Shown piece after piece: positions 41,157 to 54,238 of a DNA stretch of 64,000 nt. The notes below the pieces were generated by a model. That model made no database searches. It had not been told where the DNA came from and saw only the letters and a program-made list of their open reading frames with translations. Numbering within the stretch: position 1 is the stretch's first letter; each line of letters begins with the position of its first letter. The position numbers and the translations under genes are program-made. Where the stretch lies: the NCBI RefSeq assembly GCF_964204645.1, contig NC_134032.1:9660275-9724274 (forward strand), written 5' to 3'. The DNA comes from Tubulanus polymorphus (taxonomy: Eukaryota > Animalia > Nemertea).

Positions 41157-42444
41157 CTGAAAATGAAATCTTTCTGTAGCATTTTACAGCGTAGAGACAT
41201 TCACCATTCAATTTTACCCCATTTCCATTCATTCACACAGTAGAAATAGAACTCCAGACACATTCAACACCGGCCATGCTTTATCCAGAAACAACAGATT
41301 TTATTTCTACTAAGTGTGGGCGATATCACCGTTTCAATCGCTAACTCAGGACCCAGCTTCCAATGACATATAGGGATAGAGGTTACTGAAAATATAACCT
41401 AATCTTTATTATAACTTAGAACATTGTGGAACTGGGACAGACAACACTATTTGGCCTTGATTGTTTTGGCTTTGGCTTTGAAAGTTTCGGAGCTGTACAG
41501 GCCGCGGTATTGGATTAAAGCTCAGGTTTGATTTGACACTAACGATCAAATTTAGTTCATTTTCGAATGAATGCCCGAGTTAGATTCATCTCAGATTCTA
41601 GAGAAACTGGGTCCTGGTAATACATGTAATACACCGTTTATTGATTAAATGAACAAAAAATCAAATTAACCCTTTAAAACCGAAATGCGTTAAAATCGGA
41701 CAATTATAACTAGAGATAAGGGTCACGATTGGGCTCAAAAATGTGTCCATCAAAAATGTGTCCTCGAAGCCAAAATTCCTGATTCAACTTTCGACACGTT
41801 TTCGGTGTTAAAAGGTCAAAACATCTGAAAAGATTCCTGAAAAAAATATCGGATTCTGAAACGCGTTTCGTCTGGGATTAGTTGCTCATTACGTCACCAG
41901 CAGACGGACCCGACCTTAACGTCGTCGTTTTGCTTAGTTCTTAATTCGCGGTACCTTTATCCCGGCATGCAGCGTGTACTTTTAGAAATTCTAATTACAT
42001 GTACAAGTCTGATTCAATTGATGATTTTTTTCCCGAAGTACTTCTAGCTAGAATATCCGATATTCGACTCGCAACTGTAAACGTGGATCACGCACGACGA
42101 AACGCTAATGATTTTTGTTTCTTAGAAATGCTTTATGCTAATCATACATGCGTAGAACGAACGCGTTTGTTACGCAGAAGAGGTACTTATTGGTTCGAAA
42201 AAAAATCGTTCTCAATAGAAAGTCGAGGGTTTAGTTTTTTTTTATTTCAGTCACATTCAAAATCAACAACGTGCATGCATACCATAGAATGCGTACATAC
42301 CCACCCACCATGCGTGTGTACAAAAATTAAGTGTTCGATGTTTGAGCAGCGCCACCTAGCGCTAATTGAATACAGTATCAAGGAATAGGGGAAGTTAAGG
42401 TGTACCGTGTAAGGTATACAGCATTCGGTATTAAACTGATTACT

Positions 42445-42685
42445 TCACTCAGTCAAAATCAGTTCATTTTCAGTAACTTTAACTATGAAGTCAAAAAATG
42501 AGTTCATTTTCAATTATTTTAAATCTACAGTCAAAATCAGTTCATCTTTAATTACATGTATACTGTAATCCTTCAGTCAAAATCAGTTCATTTTCAATCA
42601 CTTTAACGATACAGTCAAAATCAGTTCATTTTAAATATACTACTTTCACTGTGAAGTCAAACATGAGTTCATTTTCAATGACTTT
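42445..42685. repeat. Degenerate minisatellite, about 39 bp
   Basis: Recurring agtcaaaatcagttcattttcaat. Confidence 0.85.
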
Positions 42686-43119
42686 CATTTCTCAACTCAC
42701 AGCTACAGAACTGACTGTAAAGACTGGACCGACAAATTGTGAAAATCCGCTTACTACGGATCCAAATCCAAAAATTGAGTCGATGTTTGAGTCGAAATGT
42801 TAAGACTATAATGTTGAAACTAATTTTGACTCTTGAATCGAGTTTAAACTCACAAGTGTTGCAGTGTGAAACCAGCTAATCTAGATTTTGCAGCAAATCC
42901 TGGGCACAATAGCACTTAAAGTGTCTTTATGTCGCATGTGTTCATAATTAGTCACTCGATATTCGGTAGTTTGCGTGAAAGCTGAATTGCGAAAGGAAAG
43001 TCAATGATCAATGTGAATTATCTACACTAGATATATACATATAAACATAGAGCTTATTCACTTAATTGATTGTCTGTAAATGTGGTTATACTTGAAACTC
43101 GTGCATGTATCAATTTGCT

Positions 43120-43380
43120 GTCAGGACCCAACCTTTAAAGATAAACTGCAGACTGGAACAACCCCTTAATTAAACAAGCTGCAGCCAGGAGCCGCCCATA
43201 AGACAATCTCCAGTGTGGAACCACCCCTTAGACAAGTTACAGTCTGGAGCCACCCCTTAGACGATCTGACGTCTGGAACCACCCTTTAGACAAGTTGCAG
43301 CCATGAGCCACCCATTAGACAATCTCTGGTCTGGAGCTACCCCTTCGACAATCTGCAGTCTGGAGCCGCCCCTCTGGCAA
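43120..43380. repeat. Degenerate minisatellite, about 30 bp
   Basis: Recurring gtctggagccaccccttagacaa. Confidence 0.85.
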
Positions 43381-44219
43381 TTTGCGACCAAGTTCTCACA
43401 ATTTCTTTCACAAAGTGAGCTGATAATGTTTGGCGTCTCAGATGAAGTTCTGAACGATCACAGATTTGAGGAATGGCGCAAAAAGAATCGAATGTCTGAG
43501 AGGACGCGGGGTCCAGACAGCAGATTGACACCCTACGCGAAAACAAGCTCTTCCGGTATTCCTTGATACGTCGTGCGTTAGTAGAATCAATTTGCGAAGT
43601 GGAACCTGGCAGTCGAGGCCAAACGACCTTCGAATTTCCGCCTCGACCGACACTCGAAGATCGATTATCAAACAGCTCTTCGAAAACCTTTCGGGATTCG
43701 ATATTTGAGATAAACTGTTCGATGTCCCGCCGCGGATAAGTCGGAAATAGAAAATGAAAGAGGGTCGGGTTTCCGGGAAATCTCGCGGGTAGAATAAGTA
43801 TCGACGTCACCGAATTATGTTAGTATTTGCGTTATTGCACGTAGTTGAGTGTAGTGGAGAATACGAGTAGTCTACGAGCAATCATCTCTTCTGTGATGAA
43901 TGCTCGTAGATGTAGTACAATGTAGCATAATACGTATAGCCTAACCGATGTAGTTGAATATAGTATATATGATTCAGCATACGCCTACAATGGACTACAA
44001 CGTAGTTGTTAGAATATACTGCACGGTAGCATGCTATATACAATTTAGTATATACACCTGCACAAAAACGTGTTTAAGTTAGAATATTGCAGCACTAAGT
44101 AGAATAATACATATACCAAACGTAGCGCCGTATAACATGTACTCTGACAAGTTGTATAATATTAGTACAATGAAATACACAAATGTACGTTCTACTTTTT
44201 AGTCAAGTTGCCACAGTGG

Positions 44220-44506
44220 CAGGCCCGTAGCGTAGAGGGGGGAGGGGGCGGTAGAGCGTAGGGGAAGGGGCGTTTACGGCGAACAACCCAAAATCCGAAA
44301 AAGGTCCGCTGGATTAACCTATGTACTCCCGGTCTTATAGGTCTACGTACTTAGGACTTGCTTTGGACTCCATTTAAAGCCTTCAATCGCAAACGTGATT
44401 GTCGTTACAAAGCATTTTCACCTTTGAGCGGCGCAGTTTCCAAAGATGCAGGTCCCCATTTAAAGGAAAAGGAACTGCCCACAAATTCTGCCACGCTACG
44501 GGCCTG
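44220..44506. mobile_element. MITE with 14-bp TIR
   Basis: caggcccgtagcgt ... acgctacgggcctg, with a G-rich left interior; no clear TSD. Confidence 0.7.
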
Positions 44507-45712
44507 AAGTTATACAGTGTATACGTTATACAAAGTAGTAATATGTAGTACTTCATTGCGGAGTATTATATCAAAATACGTTATTTTTCGTGTTATATAT
44601 TGATTATGTCGGAAAATGAAGTAGAATCGAGAACTGGAGGGTATTATCATTATTAGTATACGTACTGTTTGCGTACAGCGATCGTGGATAAACTGAAATA
44701 ACGGTTGAATACAAAATAACTGCACAAAAACGATTACAACAACACATCACTCTGAAAGGGTGGAGGGATAAAACATTTAATAGGGAGGAGGTAAATATAT
44801 GAATTACAAACGAGAACATTTATTTAATGAGTTATTTCGAATAGGCAGAACAAATTATCAATACACGTATGGTCGTTACTAACTAATCGATACATGGGAC
44901 GTGTTAGCCGATTATTCAAATAAAATTTCAGATCAGTTTTCGTTTTTTTTCGATAACGGTGCGTTTGCGATGGTGCAAGATCGGGGAGAGGTACCGCGAA
45001 GAGCAGACGAACTCAGTTTCTGAAATCGCCGTTTCGATCAGATCCCAAATTCATTACACGTATTTCGCATTCATTCGACTTTTCTTTCGCGAGTTGATGG
45101 AATTTCTGAAATATATATATTAAAAACGCCCCTCTATCACCCGTAGGCTACCCTCCAAACGTTTACGACTAAAGACAGTTTGGTCGGCTGGCGTGCGTGG
45201 TCGTTCGCCCGGCTGAAAAGAAAAACATTCAGGCCGAACCCGTTTATCGATGACGTCATCACACCGCACAACACGACAACATTGAACATGGCGAACGACA
45301 AGCTTAAAAAGAGATACGTGATGAAATGTATATCAATAGAGAAGACATCTTTTAAATAATATACCAGGACAGACGCGAGAGTATTGCGGCTAATTTGCAT
45401 GAAATAGGATTCGATCGATAATATCGACTTTTCAGTACACCTGTTTAGATTTGAATTCTGGAACGGATCCAAACGAACTGAAAAGACGATTCTCAGCAGA
45501 CGAACAGATACAGATTGAAGAGAGCGTGCCCACGGACTATTCCAGAATTCGATTCTGAATGGATCCGCGGGCAGCCGTGAAGAAGAGATGCTAATTTCGG
45601 AAAGATGGCCATCTAAGTTTTTAACTATCAAATTGCATTTTCAGGTAATCGTGTAATATAGTAAGAAAATACAATGTGACGTTAGACACAACATGGCGGC
45701 CGTCATACTTAC

Positions 45713-46622
45713 CGATGCGATTCAGCTTGGAGTCTAAAGCACCCGGATGATTATGTTTGATAGCGTTCATGCGACGATTCTGCGGCGCACCGGGTCCGCC
45801 GGGTCGATTAGCCGGGGCTTTCGGTCGCACCGCCTCGACGGGCAACACGCGCCGACGTTTCTTCGGCAACTTCGACCGCGCGGTCGTGTGACTGTAAACC
45901 ATCGCAAAGTTACTAACTATAACGGGCACTGGCAGCGCGATGGTTAGTACGCCCAGCAGCGCGCAGAGGGCGCCGACGAACATGCCGAAGTAGGTCTTCG
46001 GCGTCATGTCGCCGTAGCCGACCGTCGTCATCGTTACGATGGCCCACCATAAACCGACTGGAATACTATTGAAATCGTTATCGGGGTTGTACTGGGTGCG
46101 TTCGGCGTAGAAGATCAATGCGGCGAAGAACACGATACCCAACGTCAGGAAAAACGTCAATAACGTCAACTCCTTGGCGCTGGCTTTGAACGTGTGGATG
46201 AGAATTTTTAAGCCCGGCGAATGCCGCGTCAGTTTGAACAGTCTCATAATACGTATGATGCTGAAAAACTCTAAAATATCGTTCTCCATTTCCAGAGTGC
46301 CTAGTAGAAAATCTAGATAAAACGATAGCGTGGCAACGAAGTCGATGACGTTGACCGGGGCGCGCATGAATCCCAGCTTGCTCGGCGCGACCACCAGGCG
46401 TATGATGATCTCGAATGTGAACCAGGCGTTGCATGCACATTCGATGTAGAAAAAGGCGGAATGTGGCTCGGTTTTCTGTTTGTCGAAAGTCCACGACCGG
46501 TTACTGTCGCCGAGGTCTATCGTTACGTTGCGGATGATCGGCACTCGCATGTCCGGGTGCGTTTTTAGGCAAAACGACAAAATCGAGATGAATATGAAAA
46601 ATACTGACACAACAGCGATTAT
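45713..46622 (-). CDS. Shaw: Voltage-gated potassium channel Shaw/Kv3 (KCNC family), S1-S6 core exon
   Basis: Acceptor cttattcgtttCAG and donor GTAAGT (phase 1). Contains [14 protein letters not shown]4 [32 protein letters not shown], pore [19 protein letters not shown] and S6 [10 protein letters not shown]...KLPKKRRR, all diagnostic of invertebrate Shaw. Confidence 0.97.
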
Positions 46623-48013
46623 CTGAAACGAATAAGAAACGGAGAGATCAATTAGTTCATAGTTATTACCTAATCAACAAAACAGTGTTATTCACAAAAT
46701 GAGCTAAAAAAAACTCAGGTCGTCCACCCATTTACAAATTCACTGAATGAATCAACAGAGATTTCTAGGTCTAAAATGCTAGAAAACACTAATTTTTCAT
46801 TATAGAAAGACGTGGTCAATAGCACTATCCAAATTCTCTTCAAGTTTTCCTGGTTCTTGGTATAAAATCTATTAAATTCCCTGACTTTCTTTCTAAATGT
46901 TTCTGTGATTGCCTGGATTTTCCAGATCAGTGGCCACCCTGTTAATTAAAAGGAGCCATTGTGCAGTTCTTACTGGCCGCCATTTTGTTCGATAACTTCA
47001 TGTTGTTATACGTAGCGATCGTTATCCCTCTACGAAATCATCGGATTTCCCCGTGTAAGATCATTCCAATATTCGATGATTGCTTAATCCCCCTATGACA
47101 TCACGGGATTACCTCTGTAGTAGACACTTCAGAAAAAGATATCTGCCTCCATAAACCCTTATAACATAATACAAAATAACCCCATAAACACTTCCAGGAA
47201 ATTTGGCTTTTGGCCTCAATAGTTCCCACTAAAAAATTATCAAAAATTTGCCTTTGCAGACTCTTCGACTTTTGGCTACGCATTTCAAATATCCGTATGA
47301 CATCATCAAATCGCTCCGATAGACTCTACTAGAGAACTTCTGCCTCCTCATTCGCCCCTATGAGTTTGCCCTTGAAATCCGTCCCAAAAATGACACGCTG
47401 GCCGATAAAGCGTGGATATGGCCTCATCGATGAATTCCCAATGTCGATGTCACTTTCAAAATTGTCCCTGTATATGGGGATCGCAGGGAAAAAGATGTCT
47501 GCCTCGTACATTAAGTAGATGTAGACTATTAATTCATGCCACGTGTTCATGACACGATAGCGCGACCCCGATATTGGCAAAAAATGCTTTGCCGTCGCCA
47601 AAAGCCGCCCGGAACAATTCATCAGTAAAACGTTTTTAAGGAACACTGCTCTTAACTATCAGCGGATATTCGGGCCGGTGTCAGATGTTGGATCTCAGGA
47701 AGAGCTCTTCAACTGTTCAATGCCAGCAGTTAAGCGAGCGCCAGATTCACGAAATTGTCATCTTTCGACAACGATGGAAAACTCAACGGCCTGGTAGAAA
47801 CGAGCGAATTGCAAAATGAGAATCGATTCGTTTCAGACATCGAAATGACGACAACGACGACGACGACGTACAAATTGGGCAAAAACGAGATAGAAGATAC
47901 GGAAAGCGTTATCGATACAGATGTGCGTAGGAGGATCCGGGGAACGCGGCAGGGAACGCGGAAACGCGGAGAACTGGGATTTGTACACGTTAATTACAGT
48001 CGCCATATACTAA

Positions 48014-48235
48014 GGGGTTATCCATAAAAGACGTCCAAGGTTGAGGCAGTGAACTATGGACTTTAGTGGACAAGGGGATTTAATTCCCGTAAGCCAGAAC
48101 AAATAATTCAGTGCAATACAAGGGCGATTAACCTAACTTCGAATTAGAAGACAAATATTCATACAATGTGGAAATTTCGTGGACATGGGGTCACAATTTT
48201 GCAATTATGTGCGGTAGTCGTTTATGGTCAGCCCC
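48014..48235. mobile_element. PIF/Harbinger-like MITE family F
   Basis: TIR ggggttatccataaaagac / gtcgtttatggtcagcccc with TAA TSD. A related truncated end (taaggggccgtgcataaagtacgt) lies at about 59388. Confidence 0.75.
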
Positions 48236-48238
48236 TAA

Positions 48239-48449
48239 GGCTACGAAAAATAGATACCTTGTTTCTCATTTTTGCTGAGCTTAAAAGTTGATTCGGCCGG
48301 CCGTCTATCTACATTGTACCTTAATGTTTTAAAGCCTCGATCAAGCTAACCATACAGACCCGGCAGCTATAGAAATGAACTGAAATTTTATTGCAGTATA
48401 CGAAATGACCCGGGCGATCAAGAGAAACAAGGTATCATTTTTTCTAGCC
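48239..48449. mobile_element. PIF/Harbinger-like MITE family E
   Basis: TIR ggctacgaaaaatagataccttgtttctc / gagaaacaaggtatcattttttctagcc; TAA on both sides. Confidence 0.8.
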
Positions 48450-48807
48450 TAACACTACACGTTCTCTTTCGTATTAACGCATATTCCCGGTAATTCTAGA
48501 ATACATATACTTTATATGAAAAATGGCTCCGACGCGCGTGAAATGAGGAAATTGCTTTATAATTAAGTTCTCATAATACCCCGTCTAGATTACCCCGGCT
48601 ACATGCAGCTATTGGATTGTCGTCGGCTGCGGCTTTGTGAAACCATCGGAAAAATGCAATAACGCCTTAATTACAGCGTCCTCGCTGCAGATAAAGCCGA
48701 TAAGCTACTGCGGCAATCGATGACCCGTTAGGTGGCGATAGTGAGGTAATTTTCGGCGATATTTCTACTAGTGGTATCGCTTGCTTATACGAATTACAGG
48801 ATCTCAT

Positions 48808-49175
48808 CATCTTCGCTTGCCAGAATATGATTGTCTCCCGCCGAAGCTCGCACCAACACAAACCCTGACCGCAGACCCTTCTTACATCGACCAAAATTTC
48901 AAGGTTGCCGCCTAGCGGCCATCAGGTTATGTATCAAGATGCGTTGTTCTAAGTACCTAGCCAATCACCTGCGTTGTTTTTCACCGGTAGATACGTACTA
49001 TCAATACTACGCATCTGATTGGCTAGATATATAGAGTGGTGGCCACTGAGCGTCAAACAGTCAGCCTAAGAAATCTCGGGCGGTGTAATAGACCCGTCCG
49101 ATAAAGGTCTGTGGCCGCGGTTTGTGTTGGCGTGGGCTTCGGCGAGAGGCAATCAAACCCTGGCAAGCGAGGATG
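48808..49175. mobile_element. Foldback MITE family B, copy 2
   Basis: catcttcgcttgccag...ccaacacaaaccctgaccgcagaccctt ... gtttgtgttggcgtgggcttcggcg...ccctggcaagcgaggatg. Confidence 0.8.
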
Positions 49176-49719
49176 GGATCACGAGTGCGCTGGCCGACAC
49201 ACAAGCATCCGACTTTTATTAGCATTCTATCAACACGTCTTTCAAAAACTGATCGTTCAAACTAATGACGCGTCTTCGGGACTACACCTGAGACATTTCA
49301 CCTAATCGAAACCGAACTCGAGACAAATTTCATCGGTACTTTCAAAAACTGATCGTTCACGCTTCACATTACAAAAGATGAATGTCTGGAAAGGTAGTAG
49401 TTGCAGGCTGTAGGTAGTTGATGTATAAGTTCCATCACGGGCGGGGTATATTTGCTGCTCAGATTACCGTCTGCTAATTGGACGTTGAGAACTATTGTTT
49501 CGGACAAGTTGTTTATCACTGATATAATCACCGGGGAGCTGGTGCGTGCTTGGTTTATTGAGGGAGAACTTTTCACCTCGTAACGTTCACGGATTACAGA
49601 TTCTACTCGCGGAAAGATGCGGCGAAAGAAACGATGACATTAAGCAGGCAGAAAACATACCTGGAGACATTGTCTATTGCAGCGTTAAGCGTTTAGACGA
49701 TCAGGTTTTTGAAAATGTT

Positions 49720-50175
49720 CTGATAAAATGTCTGTCTGGTGTTTGTAGTTCATTTTTATGAAAATGTCTCAAGTGAAGTCCTGAAAACATGTGATTTGTG
49801 GACGATTTCTTGTTTAATGTGTGCCGATTAAGTGTCTAATGTCTGGTGTTTGTAGATCACTTTTTTATGAAAAAATAAATGTCTCAAGCGAGTTCCTGAA
49901 TCCATGTGATGTGAGGACGATCTCTTTTAGAAAGAATGCCGATGAACTGTCTAATGTCTGGTGTTTGTAGTTCCTTTTCTATCAAAAAATATCTTTTCGA
50001 AAGTGTGCCGATAAAATGTCTAATGTATGGTGTTTGTACTTCATTTTCTATCAAAAATGTCTGAGATGAAGTCCTGAACACTTGTGATGTGTGGACGATC
50101 TTTTTTTGAAAGTGTGCTGATAAAATTACTAATATCAAGTGTTTGAAGTTCATTTCTTATTAAAAATGTCTCGGA
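49720..50175. repeat. Degenerate satellite, about 120-bp unit
   Basis: Recurring tgtctaatgtctggtgtttgtagttcattttt...gtcctgaa...gtggacgat. Confidence 0.8.
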
Positions 50176-50441
50176 TGTTTGGTGCTTGTAGCTTGTAGCT
50201 GGACCGGGTTCCACAGTTGTGAGTAATAGAATGAGCTCCGAGTTGAGATTAGCTTATCTTCAATGTTCCAAGCTCTAGGGTCAAATTCAAACCCAGTGGA
50301 ACAATCTGGTCCTTGAGTTAATTCGTTGAAAATCAACCGATTCGAACTCAAGACCTGTAACTCACAACAGTGGAATTGGATCTTGGTGGACAAGTACGGT
50401 GGAAACGATGTAATAACAACAGTCATTAAACGGCATCTATC

Positions 50442-50885
50442 TATGGTGGCTGATTCGGGCCATTACATAAAATACCTGGTATGCAAATAAGGGCGCCAGA
50501 ACGTCTTTAAAAATCCGTTTTGGCGAACTTTCATTTTGGCGCACCCGCCAAAACAGCGAAAAACGTCGACATTTCTCTGAAAGTTCGTTTTGGCGCCCCC
50601 GCCACTTTCAACCACGTAAAATAATTCTATATATGCATATTTATGCAAATTACACACAGGATCGACGCGCAAAATTGAATGATAATTTTACGTGGTTGAA
50701 TGCTTGTTTTGGCGGGGGCGCCAAAACAGAAATAACCGCGCCAAAACGGAATAATCTTTGTTTTGGCGCGCCAAAACGGACTTTCAGAGAAAATTGGACA
50801 TATTTTTCGTTTTGGCGTTCTGGCGTTCTGGCGCCCTGATTTGCATACCTGAAATTTTTCGCTTTGGCCCTTATCAGCTACCACA
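50442..50885. mobile_element. MITE family C (6-bp TSD, TTTTGGCGC-rich), copy 1
   Basis: Termini TATGGTGGCTGAT / ATCAGCTACCACA; flanked by direct repeat tctatc (50436-50441 and 50886-50891). Confidence 0.85.
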
Positions 50886-51167
50886 TCTATCCGCCAGTTC
50901 ACATGAACTAATGTTTGAGCAACTCGCATTTCGGATACTCCATTGACGATTACCACCTGCATATGAAAGCAACTCGTGGCCTGTCCAGAAATCTGTGGCA
51001 TCTATTTCAATGGTTTCGTTAAAAATTCAACAAATTAAACCTAGCGTCAAATACTATCATTTGACACTATAAGCATTTTTGTACTCGGTGCCATTTACAT
51101 AATTATATGTATTGCTTTCCACGATGAGTGGTGCGCGCAGCATTACATATATATACATAAATATATT

Positions 51168-51471
<304 letters not shown>

Positions 51472-51640
51472 CGCTCTTGAGGAAATATTGGAATATTCCA
51501 TAATTTTCGATTCACTGTTAACTGCGCACATTCAGAGCAGAATCACACTTGACAATGCTTTCTCGTTGCATTGTTCGATATTAACAGTGTAACCGTGTAT
51601 AGCGTTTATGGAGGTAGAGTTACATACGCGTGGAAGGGTC

Positions 51641-52349
51641 TATGGTGGCTGATTCGGGCCATTACATAAAATACCTGGTATGCAAATAAGGGCGCCAGAA
51701 CACCAGAACGCCAAAACGAAATAAAACGTCAAAATTTCTTTAAGAATCAGTTTTGGCGCGCCAAAACAAAGAAAATTCCGTTTAGGCGCCTCCGCCAAAA
51801 CAAACTTTCATTTTGGCACCCCGCCAAAACAACGAAAAAAGTCGAAATTTCTCTAAAAATCCGTTTTGGCGCAACAAAACATAGATTATTCCGTTTTGGC
51901 ACCCCCGCCAGAACGAACTTTCGTTACGGCGCCCCCACCAAAACAACGAAAAATGTCGAAATTTCTCAGAAGCGCCAAAACAAAGAATATTCCACCAAAA
52001 CGAATTTTCAACCACGTAAAACAATTCTATATATGCAAAATTATGAAAATTACACACAGGATCAACGCGCCAAATTGAAAAATAATTTTACTGTGGTTGG
52101 ATCTTTTTGTTGGCGGGGGGCGCCAAAACGGAAATAACCGCGCAAAAACGAAATAATCTTCGTTTTGGCGCACCAAAAAACGGATTTTTAGAGAAATTTA
52201 GGCATTTTTCGTTGTTTTCGTTGTTTTGGGCGCGCCAAAGCGGACTTTCAGAGAAAATTGGACGTATTTTTTGTTTTGGCGTTTTGGCGTTCTGGCGCCC
52301 TGATTTGCATACCAGAAATTTTTCGCTATGGCCCTTATCAGCTACCACA
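51641..52349. mobile_element. MITE family C, copy 2 (longer)
   Basis: Same termini and subterminal sequence as copy 1; flanked by direct repeat agggtc (51635-51640 and 52350-52355). Confidence 0.85.
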
Positions 52350-52713
52350 AGGGTCCGTGGCGTCAACGTTCTTGAAAACGGTGATCGAAGGCGGTCGTAC
52401 GAAATGATTAGTTTCAGTTTCTAATCAATCGACTTCGACTAAAATATCTACACTTACACGTCGAAGTATATCCGTATGGTCTGTCTACAAAGTTTATAGC
52501 CGCGATCGTGCGGATACGATTTGTCCTGGGCCGAAATGGCACCGATCAGGCCCGAGTCAAATTTGGCCCGTGTCTAATAAGAGAGAGCGCTCAGGCGTAA
52601 ACCACTCACTCGATACTGAACAATGCTTAAACAAAGCGAAGTGAGTCACTCCCGGAGCCTGTAGCAATTCGTCGGCAAAAATTCGACCCGCCCTTAAATT
52701 TAGCTCGGGCCTG

Positions 52714-52830
52714 GTCCGACGTTTTTGACCGATCTGAAATCAGAATGGGCCCGGCCCGGAACAACTGTTCACACGGGTGCCAAATGGGCCCGGGCCCATT
52801 CTGATTTCAGATCGGTCAAAAACGTCGGAC
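52714..52830. repeat. Perfect 41-bp inverted repeat with 35-nt spacer
   Basis: gtccgacgtttttgaccgatctgaaatcagaatgggcccgg (52714-52754) and its exact reverse complement (52790-52830). Confidence 0.95.
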
Positions 52831-53514
52831 AATCAAGAATTAGAAAATGATACCTTGTTTCCCCTAATCGACCGGGTCTGTTAGTTTGATCATGATTGTA
52901 AAATTCGGCCCGGGCCTGAAATGCTCGCGTGATCGCGGCTTATGTCAGTCTTTCGAAATCAACTTTCTCATCGGGTTACGCGCGAGAGACCGAGCGAGAG
53001 CAGACGAGAGAGACTGAACTGCACAGCTATCCGACTCGGAAACATAAATTCTCTCCCAGCAAACGCCAACAGAGCGAAGATATTCGAAGCCGTAGTTTTC
53101 ATCACGGTAGGCAAGAGATTATCAGTGGTGTCAACGCACCAGATCTCTTCGGCAGCAATCACCATGGTAACCAGAAATATAGCATCTCAATCGTTTCATC
53201 CGCACGGCTTTCTCCACGATACATAAACGCGCGAACAAGAGTGTCGCTCGGGCACCGAAAAAAAAATACAAGCATTACTATTCCCAATGCACAATGGCAT
53301 TTTAAGGATGTAGGCAATCTCCGCAGAGGTTTAAATACATGAGGAAATTTAGTCTTGTTGCAATTATTTTGTTTCAGACGGATTAAGTAATATATTATTT
53401 TGTTTTGAGTTGGTATCAAAATGCTGGATGCGAATACAAAATGTGCCCCAAAGGTACATCCTTTATTTGATCGAGGGAAGATAGAGATAGCAGTTAGTGA
53501 ACCCTCCATCCCCT

Positions 53515-53975
53515 CCCCTCACAGCTGTGGTTGGAGTTTGCGACTAGAGCAGACACATCGGGCTTTCGTAGAACTCCCCTCAGAGTTCTGGTGGTAATGG
53601 CGAACTGGAATAGTCACATGGGTTCAAGACAGCTGGGGTTGGCCCGTGAGCGACGGGAACAGACACTGGTTCTGGGGAACAGACACCAACAGATGGGTTC
53701 TTGGAGAAGTGACTGGTACAGACACGAGTTCTAGATTGACCCTCGTCACAGCTGTTATTGGGGACTAAGTTAGTAATACAGAGGTACTGGTTCTAGAAAA
53801 ACTGTCCTCACAGCTGTTGAGGGAGTGAGCGACTAGAAAGTGGACACATGGATTTTGGAGAACTCCCCTCACAGTTGCGCAGGTCCGACTGGAGACCAGG
53901 CACATGGCTTCTTGCAGAACTCCCCTCACAGCTGTAGTGGGAGTGAGCGACTAGAATTAAGACATAGGTTCTAGG
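53515..53975. repeat. Degenerate minisatellite, about 57-60 bp
   Basis: Recurring gaactcccctcacagctgt...gagtgagcgactaga...gacacatgggttct. Confidence 0.85.
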
Positions 53976-53999
53976 CAAATTCCGAAGCCGTGTCGCAGA

Positions 54000-54238
54000 C
54001 AGGGCCAACTTCGGTTTTCGTAGCTAGTCGACTAGTGGTCGCAACCAATAACCGAACACACTATAGTTCGGTCGTAACGTATTTCACAGTGTCGGACATC
54101 TTGAACTAGGTCCGAACTATAGCGACCGTGCTCAATTGCATGGTCGACCATTTCCGGAACCGGTTCCGACTAACGGACATTTGGTTTCATTTCAGTTCGA
54201 CTATGGTCGACTAACTCCGATAACCGAAGTTGGCCCAA
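54000..54238. mobile_element. hAT-like MITE family D, copy 2
   Basis: TIR gggccaacttcggtt / aaccgaagttggccc; shares tagtcgacta...aataaccgaac..actatagttcgg with the 29.7 kb copy. Confidence 0.75.
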
